Made by a program: the position numbers and the translations under genes. DNA of 64,000 nucleotides, taken from contig CALRKN020000008.1 in assembly GCA_943368005.1 (NCBI GenBank), positions 75,705 through 139,704 on the forward strand. Reading direction: 5' to 3'. The notes beneath the pieces were generated by a model. The model saw only the letters and a program-made list of their open reading frames with translations, ran no database searches and was not told the DNA's origin. Shown here one piece after another: positions 26,587 to 33,951 of the stretch. Positions within the stretch are counted from its first letter, which is position 1; each line of letters opens with the position of its first letter. The DNA comes from Bradyrhizobium ivorense. Its GTDB lineage: Bacteria > Cyanobacteriota > Cyanobacteriia > PCC-6307 > Cyanobiaceae.

Positions 26587-27306
26587 ATGTTTGGCTGGGC
26601 CTCACCACAACCGATTCCCCCCCGCCTGGAGGAGCTGCTGGAACGGGCCGGGGCGCTGCGCAGCGAGTGGTTTGAACGCCGGGGCAGCGACGTGGTGGTC
26701 TTCCTTCCTCCCCACCTGCTGCTCTCCACGGGCAGGCTGCCCCATGCCGCCATCCTCGCCAGCTACCGGATGCTGGACGGCTGCGGCCACGGGCCCGAGG
26801 TCCCAGCCCCCCCCTTGCTGCTCAATGGGGAGCGGCTGCTGAGCCTCAGCGCCGACGAGGTGGCCAGCTGGCAGCCCTGCCAGCCCCTGCCGAGACCCTG
26901 CCCCCTCGGCTCACCGCCGCAGCTGGCTGCTGCCCTGACGGCAGCACTGCTGGCGGCGGATCCGCACCTGGCCCAGACCTACCAGACACTCGACGCCCGT
27001 TCGGAGCGGGGTGGGGCGGCGGCCGATCTCCACTACCGGGACCGGATGGGCTGCCACAACCCAGACGAACTGGTGCAGAGCTGGAACCAGCACCTGGAGC
27101 GCAGCCAGGCAGAACATGATCTTGCCCTGCTGAGGCAACAGCTGCTGGATCTGGAGCGGGAATGCGAGCGGCAGTTCCTCACCTGTCGTGAAGCAGACCG
27201 CAAGCTGGGCTGGCAGCGGCAGGTGAGCCAGAAAACCGGCGCACAGCTGCATCGCTACAGCGATCTGCTGCAGCGGCTGCTGGTGATCCAGGGCCGTGTG
27301 CTGTGA
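26587..27306 (+). CDS. Hypothetical protein with C-terminal coiled coil (family A, copy 1); coupled to the downstream CgeB-like GT
   Basis: 239 aa. The C-terminal heptad-like stretch is LERSQAEHDLALLRQQLLDLERECERQF. The shared block AALLAADPHLAQTYQTLD matches 37643..38467 and 42326..43093. The stop overlaps the next start (GTGA). Confidence 0.55.
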   Translation: MFGWASPQPIPPRLEELLERAGALRSEWFERRGSDVVVFLPPHLLLSTGRLPHAAILASYRMLDGCGHGPEVPAPPLLLNGERLLSLSADEVASWQPCQPLPRPCPLGSPPQLAAALTAALLAADPHLAQTYQTLDARSERGGAAADLHYRDRMGCHNPDELVQSWNQHLERSQAEHDLALLRQQLLDLERECERQFLTCREADRKLGWQRQVSQKTGAQLHRYSDLLQRLLVIQGRVL

Positions 27307-28262
27307 CGCGGATTGTCGTGAGCAGCGGCACCACCGACGCGCACAACACCAACCACCGCCTCAGAATACGGATCAGCCACGGATTCCAGGAACTGGGGCT
27401 CCCCAGCCGCTCCTGCGCAGTAGAGCAGATCCCCACCCTGGTGCGCCGCGAATCCGTTGATCTGCTGCTGATCACGGGCTCGATCGCGGATCCGGCGGTG
27501 GATCTCCCCTGGCTGATTCGGTGCGCGCAGCAGCAGCACTGCCGCGTGGCCTTCTGGCTGCACGACGACCCCTATGAGTTCGATCTGCACTGGCGGCTCG
27601 CCGATCTCGGCTGTCCGGTGTTCAGCAATGAGCCGAATTGCCTCCCCTACTACCCACCCAGCTGTCGAGCCCGGCCCCTGGCCCTGGCCGCCTCTCCCCT
27701 GGATGATCTGCCGGTGGGGCCAGCAGAAGAGGCACCGGAGGTGGACCTGGCCTTCTGCGGAGTCGCTTTCCCCCAGCGCGTTGCCACGCTGCGGCAGCTG
27801 GGGGCTGCGGGCTTCCGCCTGGCCTGCTGGGGGGAAGGCTGGCCGGACGATCTCGAGGGAGGCGTGAACCTGCGGCTGGGTCCCGCCGGGCTGAGGCAGC
27901 TCTACCGCCGCTGCCTGTTCGTGGTGAATCTGGGCCGGGAGCTGGCCATCGCCAACCGGCGCCATCAGATCGCCGCCTCCATGCCTGGTCCACGCACCTT
28001 CGAAGCCGCCCTGTTCGGAGCTGTGCAGCTCTACCTCGGCCAGAGCCCGAGGATCGGCCAGTACTACACCTCCGAGCAGGGGGTGATCCCAGCCGGCAGT
28101 GTGGAGGAGGTAGGAGCATGGCTGGAGCGGGCCAGGCGGGAACCCCAGTGGCACCGGCAGCTCGGCGACGCTGCGGCCCAGCACACCCGGCGCCGGCATC
28201 TCTATCGGCACCGCTGCCACGACCTGCTGGCCGCGCTGCACGGCGACGGTGAATCGGCATGA
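27303..28262 (+). CDS. CgeB-family / Glyco_trans_1_2-like glycosyltransferase
   Basis: RVAFWLHDDPYEFDLHWRLADLGCPVFSNE, DLAFCGVAFPQRV, PGPRTFEAALFGAVQLY (the N/PxRxFE..G motif of CgeB-like proteins). Confidence 0.65.
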   Translation: MTRIVVSSGTTDAHNTNHRLRIRISHGFQELGLPSRSCAVEQIPTLVRRESVDLLLITGSIADPAVDLPWLIRCAQQQHCRVAFWLHDDPYEFDLHWRLADLGCPVFSNEPNCLPYYPPSCRARPLALAASPLDDLPVGPAEEAPEVDLAFCGVAFPQRVATLRQLGAAGFRLACWGEGWPDDLEGGVNLRLGPAGLRQLYRRCLFVVNLGRELAIANRRHQIAASMPGPRTFEAALFGAVQLYLGQSPRIGQYYTSEQGVIPAGSVEEVGAWLERARREPQWHRQLGDAAAQHTRRRHLYRHRCHDLLAALHGDGESA

Positions 28263-30634
28263 GGCTGCTGCTCTACGACACGGAGATGCGGTCGGCCAAC
28301 GGCTATCTGCCACGGGCCATCGCCACCGCTGCCGAGGGGCTGCTGGGCCCGGCCCATGTACGCCTGTGCGACCACGCCACAGTGGTGGGTCTGGCGGCAT
28401 CGGGGGCCTGGGATGGCCTGCTGGCCATCGGCGGGGCCGGCGCCGATCTCCATCTGATCACGGCCCTGATGGAGACACCGATCCGGCGCATTCTCTGGAC
28501 CACGGAGGACCCCTACGAACGGCGCCTGCTGGAACGGGTGGAACCGGCCTTCCACCATGTGTTCAGCAACGAGCAACTCTGTGGCGGGGTGAGCCCGCAC
28601 ACCACGTTCCTGCCCCTCGCGGCGGAACCCTCCCTGCACCAGCGGCCCCTGCGAACCCGTGACAGCGACTACCTGGTCGACCTCACCTTCGTCGGCACGG
28701 CCTGGCCCAACCGGGTGCGCAGTCTCAACCGCCTGCTCCGCCAGCTGCCGGCCGATCTGCGGCTCCACCTCTGCCTGCCCTGGAACCGGCACATCCCCGA
28801 GCCCCAGCTGCCCGGCATCGGCGTGCTGCCCCAGCAGCGCTTGGGCATGGCCGATCTCTGCGACATCTGGAACCGCTCCCGGGTGGTGCTGACGATCGGC
28901 CGGGAGTTCACGGCGGCCGGATCGGCCAGTGCGCAGGCGCGGGGAACCTCACCGCCCCCCCGGGTATACGAAACGGCCCTGGCCGGAGGCTTTCAGGTGG
29001 CCCTGGCCGGGGCGGGCATGGAGCTGGAGGCGGCCTACGGCAACCGGATTCCCATCGCGGCCGATGAAGCTGAGGCGGCCGCCCTGGTCGTGGCCCACCT
29101 GGCAGACCCCGACCAGCGGATCGCCCGGGCCGCGGAAATTCAGGCGCATACCCTGGCACACCACACCTATGGCCATCGGCTCGCCGCGGTGCTCGACCGG
29201 TTTGCAAGCCTGTCCGCCAGCCGGGACCAGCCGGCGATCCAGCTGCCCCGCAGAGAGCCAGCCGTACTGCACCTCGCCCACAACCTGGTGGGACTGGGCC
29301 TGCGGCGCCCCGGAGGCACGGAGGCGTACGTGCAGGAGATTGCCCTGCAGCAGCAGCGGAGCAGACCGAACCGAAGGGTGCTGGCCCTGGCACCGAAGGA
29401 TGCGATCCGGCTGGCTCTGCTGGACTACGGGCCGGATCGGGCCCAGTTGCTGGACACGATCCGGTTGGGGCGGGTCAGTCGGCTGTCGGGCAGCAATCAG
29501 ACCTATGAACGGGCCTTTGCCCAGGTGATCAGCAGCCAGGGCATCGGTCTGGTGCACGTGCATCACCTGATCGGCCTGCCCCTGAGCCTGCCGATCGTGG
29601 CCCGGGCCCTGGGTTGCCGCGTGGTGCTGACCCTGCACGACTTTCACTTCGTCTGCCACCGCTACACCCTGCTGACTCCGCAGGGGCAGTTCTGTCGCAT
29701 CGATGCGCAGGACAACCCCGCCATCAGCTGCCGCCTCTGCCTGCAGGCCAGCGGCATGCGGGGCGACGAGCGCCAGCGGCGGCTGGCCCTCACGCGCCGC
29801 AGCATTGCCGCTGCGGACACGATCTTGGCCAGTACCGCCAGCAGCGCGGAGCTCGTGGCGGCGATCTACCCAGAGGTGGCCGATCGCATCCAGGTGCTGG
29901 AGATGCTCACTCCCGGCCTGGAGGAGCTGGACCGCGCCCGGCGCAAGCGCACCTGGAGCCGACACCCAGGCCCCCTTCAGGTGGGTGTGATCGGCAATGC
30001 CGTGCCCCACAAGGGCCTCGCCACCCTGGTGCAGGTGATCCGGGCAAGCCACGACCTGCCCATCGATCTGCACATCCTGGGGGCGACGCCCGAACTGCAC
30101 GAGGCGCTGCGGGAGGCAGGCCTGTCGAGCGGAGATCCCCCGATCATGAGCTACCAGGGAAGCTACGGTCGCCCCGAGCTGATCGCCCGACTGCTGCAGC
30201 TGGATGTGGCCCTGTTCCTCTCCACCTGGCCGGAGACCTACAACATCTGCCTGGGCGAGGCGATGCGACTGGGGGTGGTGCCGGTGGCCACCGACCTGGG
30301 GGCTCACCGCGACAGGGTGAGGGATGGGGAGACCGGCATCCTGGTCAAGGCCGACAACCCACTGGAGGTGATCCAGGCTCTGCTGACGCTGCAGGGCGAC
30401 CGGCAACTGCATGCCCGGCTTGCCGCTGCTGCCGCCGCTGTACCCCTGCAGAGCAGCGCCTGCCACGGGGAGCAACTCGAGGCGATCTACGCCCGGCTGG
30501 CCCCCTGGCGAGGCCAGCACAGAATTGAGCCACCGCTTCGCCTGGATTCCCAGCTCGAACTCGAGGCCCTCGGCCTGCGCCTGGCCCAGAACCGCTGGGG
30601 TGAGCCGGGCGTGAGCTGGGACGAACCAGCCTGA
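28259..30634 (+). CDS. 791-aa bifunctional glycosyltransferase: CgeB-like N-terminal domain + GT4 (GT-B) C-terminal domain
   Basis: The N-terminal domain is paralogous to the previous ORF: RRILWTTEDPYERRLLERVEPAFHHVFSNE, DLTFVGTAWPNRV, PPRVYETALAGGFQV. The C-terminal domain is GT4: HVHHLIGL, GNAVPHKG, FLSTWPETYNICLGEAMRLGVVPVATDLG. ATGA overlap with the upstream gene. Confidence 0.8.
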   Translation: MRLLLYDTEMRSANGYLPRAIATAAEGLLGPAHVRLCDHATVVGLAASGAWDGLLAIGGAGADLHLITALMETPIRRILWTTEDPYERRLLERVEPAFHHVFSNEQLCGGVSPHTTFLPLAAEPSLHQRPLRTRDSDYLVDLTFVGTAWPNRVRSLNRLLRQLPADLRLHLCLPWNRHIPEPQLPGIGVLPQQRLGMADLCDIWNRSRVVLTIGREFTAAGSASAQARGTSPPPRVYETALAGGFQVALAGAGMELEAAYGNRIPIAADEAEAAALVVAHLADPDQRIARAAEIQAHTLAHHTYGHRLAAVLDRFASLSASRDQPAIQLPRREPAVLHLAHNLVGLGLRRPGGTEAYVQEIALQQQRSRPNRRVLALAPKDAIRLALLDYGPDRAQLLDTIRLGRVSRLSGSNQTYERAFAQVISSQGIGLVHVHHLIGLPLSLPIVARALGCRVVLTLHDFHFVCHRYTLLTPQGQFCRIDAQDNPAISCRLCLQASGMRGDERQRRLALTRRSIAAADTILASTASSAELVAAIYPEVADRIQVLEMLTPGLEELDRARRKRTWSRHPGPLQVGVIGNAVPHKGLATLVQVIRASHDLPIDLHILGATPELHEALREAGLSSGDPPIMSYQGSYGRPELIARLLQLDVALFLSTWPETYNICLGEAMRLGVVPVATDLGAHRDRVRDGETGILVKADNPLEVIQALLTLQGDRQLHARLAAAAAAVPLQSSACHGEQLEAIYARLAPWRGQHRIEPPLRLDSQLELEALGLRLAQNRWGEPGVSWDEPA

Positions 30635-30846
30635 GGGCGTCCATCCAGCCCGGCGGGATGGCAGCCGCTCAGATAGGAGCCCAGAGCCCTTCATTCCTGC
30701 AGTCTCTTTGCTGGGAAAATCCCGAAGGCAAACGGAAGTGAATCGAACGATTCACACCTTCAGCGGCGTGGTTGGAGGGATGCACCGCTGCCGCTCAGAC
30801 GTCAATCAACGGCAGGCCCCGATCCTGACCAAGCCCAGTTCAAGGG

Positions 30847-31041
30847 CTATTCACCCTCATCAAGGGCCGGGGTGGAAGCCTGCCCATCCCGCAGATCTTC
30901 CACCGTAATCGAATAGCCGAGCTCCCTGGCCAGCTCCACGGCAGCACGGTAGCGGGCATGGCGCAGACGAAGCCGCAACAAGCGGTCGTGACGCAGACGG
31001 AAACGAAAATCGCGGTAATCCGGAGAAGGTTGATTCGTCAC
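30847..31041 (-). CDS. Small hypothetical protein (64 aa), Arg-rich, with a Nif11-like helix segment
   Basis: The ORF lies in a lower-GC intergenic-like stretch. AAVELARELGYSITVEDLRD resembles the Nif11-domain core. Weak call. Confidence 0.3.
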   Translation of the reverse strand: MTNQPSPDYRDFRFRLRHDRLLRLRLRHARYRAAVELARELGYSITVEDLRDGQASTPALDEGE

Positions 31042-31094
31042 GGACTGGCCAGCAGAGAGCAGATGATCATCACCGAAGATCTTGGATAAACGGC

Positions 31095-32039
31095 TCAGAA
31101 TGCCGAGTGGGCTTCCGGAGAAAATGCCAAAGCCATAGCGAATTCATCGCCAAGATTATAAGCACGAACCCTGGTCGAGGCAGGGAGATAACCGAGGGCT
31201 ATCAGGCTCTTGATTACTTGCCTTAAGCTTTCACTCGTGAACTTCCAACAATGAACATCAACATATGGATTATCTTGAAATTCATGGCAAGCATGCTCCA
31301 ATCTGTCACGAAGATTCATGGGCAGCTGGATAGCTGGGTCGGGGGCAGTTCGCCAATCTGAAACCGTGAAGCAACGGTGCTCAAGGATGGATTCAAGAGC
31401 CGGCTTGGTTCGACCTTCCAGATGGGCCGCCAGAACATTCACAAGGCGGGAGGGAGCCAGGTACCGGTCAAAACAGCGGCGTCGATCCGGGATCGAGCAC
31501 AGATAGAGACCGTGGGGATTGAGCAACCTGGCAACCTCTTGTAGATGGGCCACCAAATCAGGCTGGTGCTCCAAACAGTGCTGGGAAACGACAGCATCAT
31601 ATCTTTGATTGATTTGCCCATAACCCCCATCGGAGAGCACAAACCGAATCGGCGGCACGGTATCGGGATTACGCCCTGGAATGTCCCTGGCCCTTGCCAC
31701 GAGCTCAGCAGTGCCCAGATAGTCTGCGTAATCAATAGCAACCGCGGATCCACGCAAAAACTCCACCGCAGGTCGGTCGAAAGGCCCGATCTCCAACACG
31801 GAGCGACACGGCTGCAGACAGTGGAGCAGGTTGGCCCAGTTGCTCACCGTGGAGGCATTCTCACCACCGCGTCGGCCAGCTTTGTGCCAATGCTGCCGTA
31901 GCTCGGAACGGCGTAATCCTTCCAGCTCCGAATAGCGCTCCCTGTAACTACAGGGATCGAATGCTGGCGGGAGGGTAAACACGCAGATGCGAAATGCTTG
32001 CACCACCTTAGCCGACTGACCATCAGCCGAGACCCACAA
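31095..32039 (-). CDS. Class I SAM-dependent methyltransferase
   Basis: Motif I-like VLEIGPFDRPAVEF. Post-I/II blocks: YDAVVSQHCLEHQPDLVAHLQEVARLLNPHGLYLCSIPD. TTG start at 32039, uncertain. Confidence 0.7.
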   Translation of the reverse strand: MWVSADGQSAKVVQAFRICVFTLPPAFDPCSYRERYSELEGLRRSELRQHWHKAGRRGGENASTVSNWANLLHCLQPCRSVLEIGPFDRPAVEFLRGSAVAIDYADYLGTAELVARARDIPGRNPDTVPPIRFVLSDGGYGQINQRYDAVVSQHCLEHQPDLVAHLQEVARLLNPHGLYLCSIPDRRRCFDRYLAPSRLVNVLAAHLEGRTKPALESILEHRCFTVSDWRTAPDPAIQLPMNLRDRLEHACHEFQDNPYVDVHCWKFTSESLRQVIKSLIALGYLPASTRVRAYNLGDEFAMALAFSPEAHSAF

Positions 32040-32127
32040 GAAGGACGCTGGAAAACCAGTGATAATGCTGAGACCAGAAGTGGAAGCCTCGCGATTCAGG
32101 CATGAAAACTTACGCTAAACTGAACAG

Positions 32128-33588
32128 ATGATCGACGAATCGCTGGAACCGCTGGCGGATGCCTGGCGCGCCTTTTTTGCCACCCAGGCCGCCGAGCTCC
32201 CCCAGGAAAGGCTGGAGGCCATCAGCCAGCTGGCTCTCGGGCGGGTCCAATCATTCGACCTCAACTCACCGCCGGATCCTCTGCGTGGGTTCTGCGGGCG
32301 CGCAACCTGTCAGGAGCTGGTGATCGAAGCTGCTGGATTGCGCTCTCAAGGCCTCTTCCCCCCCGTCCTGTCCAGCCAGCCAGGAGAGATTCTCGCCAGT
32401 CGCCTCGTTCTGAACTGGAATGTACTTCTGATTCGAGAAGAAAATCAATTAATCCTGATCTTTCAAGGTGTAACCAGTTGCGATGCAGTTCTAATCCCAG
32501 GGCTGAATACTCTTCTTTTCATTTGCCACATTAACTTCCAACGCGTGGCGGCATGCGTAGCAATTCTGAGTCGAACTCCAGACTTCTTCAGTCCTGAGTT
32601 GAAACCCAGCTTTGGTGGCTACCTGGTTGGGCACTCCAGGCCCTACCACTGTTTTTATGATGGGTTGCTGGCTCTGGAATGCATCCGACAAGCAGGTCAA
32701 CTTAGCAGCGAGGATTGCATTTTTTCCAAGTCTGACGAGGCTTTCCTTGATCTCGGCAGCTGCCTGGCCTTGGATCAGGTTCATCAGCGCCTGGACAGAG
32801 ATGCTCTCAACCAGTACTGCTCGAGCCATCATGTCTATCTCCTGCAACTCGGATTTTGGTTCAACACCCGGGCGCAGAACCAGGAGCTCAGGCAGCTCGC
32901 TGCGGCGGTGGATGAGCCGATTCGGCAAGCAGCCCTCCAGCATTCAATGATCAATGAAATCGGCGCCATTGAACCGCTGAAGCAATTTCAGCCCCTGCTC
33001 TGGATAGGAATCACCGGCCAGAAGCGCTGCTGGATCGAGCAGGTGAATGGGACGGCCGAGCTGCTGAACAACCTATATCAGCTTTACCCCAGGCTTGGCA
33101 TCGTCTTCGATGGCTGGACGCCTCCCCTGATCAGCTCAGATTATCACCGCAAAGAAATACGCAATGACAACAAGATTATTCAAAAAATAATTCGCAAGCT
33201 CAATTTCAAGACCCGTAAAAACATAAGTATTGTCGCCGGACTGCCATTGCTGGAAAAGGTTCGAATTGGCCTCGAAACAGATGCATTTGTAGCAAATTAC
33301 ACTACGGGCTCCCTTGCCATTGCACGCATCTGTGGCAAGCCAGGAGTGGGACACATGGGCCGCCGGATGATGGCGTCAAAGCACCAGCACATCCACCACT
33401 TAACCCGAGAACCTGATCCAGATTGTGTACGAGATGCCAGCGATGAAAGCATCCCAACAGGCTATGTGAACTACAGCATTCCCTGGCAGGCTGTCTACAA
33501 TGAACTCATAGACATTCTAGATCATATTCCCATCACTGCCAAGCAGAAGTCCTCCCACCTGGCTATTCCGCAACAGGGGGATGGGTGA
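32128..33588 (+). CDS. Hypothetical protein (486 aa), possible glycosyltransferase-like
   Basis: Long ORF with non-shadow composition at intermediate GC. GHSRPYHCFYDGL is reminiscent of the GH..YH motif of DUF563/GT61-like proteins. I recognise no firm family. Confidence 0.55.
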   Translation: MIDESLEPLADAWRAFFATQAAELPQERLEAISQLALGRVQSFDLNSPPDPLRGFCGRATCQELVIEAAGLRSQGLFPPVLSSQPGEILASRLVLNWNVLLIREENQLILIFQGVTSCDAVLIPGLNTLLFICHINFQRVAACVAILSRTPDFFSPELKPSFGGYLVGHSRPYHCFYDGLLALECIRQAGQLSSEDCIFSKSDEAFLDLGSCLALDQVHQRLDRDALNQYCSSHHVYLLQLGFWFNTRAQNQELRQLAAAVDEPIRQAALQHSMINEIGAIEPLKQFQPLLWIGITGQKRCWIEQVNGTAELLNNLYQLYPRLGIVFDGWTPPLISSDYHRKEIRNDNKIIQKIIRKLNFKTRKNISIVAGLPLLEKVRIGLETDAFVANYTTGSLAIARICGKPGVGHMGRRMMASKHQHIHHLTREPDPDCVRDASDESIPTGYVNYSIPWQAVYNELIDILDHIPITAKQKSSHLAIPQQGDG

Positions 33589-33951
33589 TGGCTGTGCTGA
33601 TCAACCCGGTCCATCAAGTCCAACGGGTCTCTTCAGGGCCTGCCTGGCTCGGCGGTAGCCGCTTCCCATGGATGGCGATCCCTATGCTTGCCGACAGTTT
33701 CCAGCCCTCGCCCGCCTCCGACTCGATCGCCATTCCGTCCCCAGTGGCATCGATGCCAAGGGAGTGGGATTCATCGTCTCGTCAGTGGCGAGGGTGGGGC
33801 ACCCAGCATGGCTCGGCCAGGGGAACGCTTGAAGTGACCTGATGGACAGAGGAAGTCCGCCGATGTCAACGCTGCCAACCCCGTTGCCCGGGCCCATGGA
33901 TGGCCCGGGGTTCCGTCACCCAGGTGCCATGGACAGGACCGTGAATGGGGC

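Noticed and set aside
25351-26675. ORFs 25351..26580 (-, 409 aa) and 25587..26675 (+, 362 aa).
   Set aside because: They are alternative-frame or antisense shadows of the 1150-aa glycosyltransferase gene. They are extremely Pro/Gly/Arg/Ala-rich and low-complexity.
30738-30755. A perfect 18-bp palindrome GTGAATCGaaCGATTCAC in the intergenic region after the 791-aa GT gene.
   Set aside because: An 8-bp inverted repeat with a fixed short spacer is expected about once by chance in 64 kb. It has no matching second copy and I recognise no associated regulator. It could be an operator, but there is not enough support.
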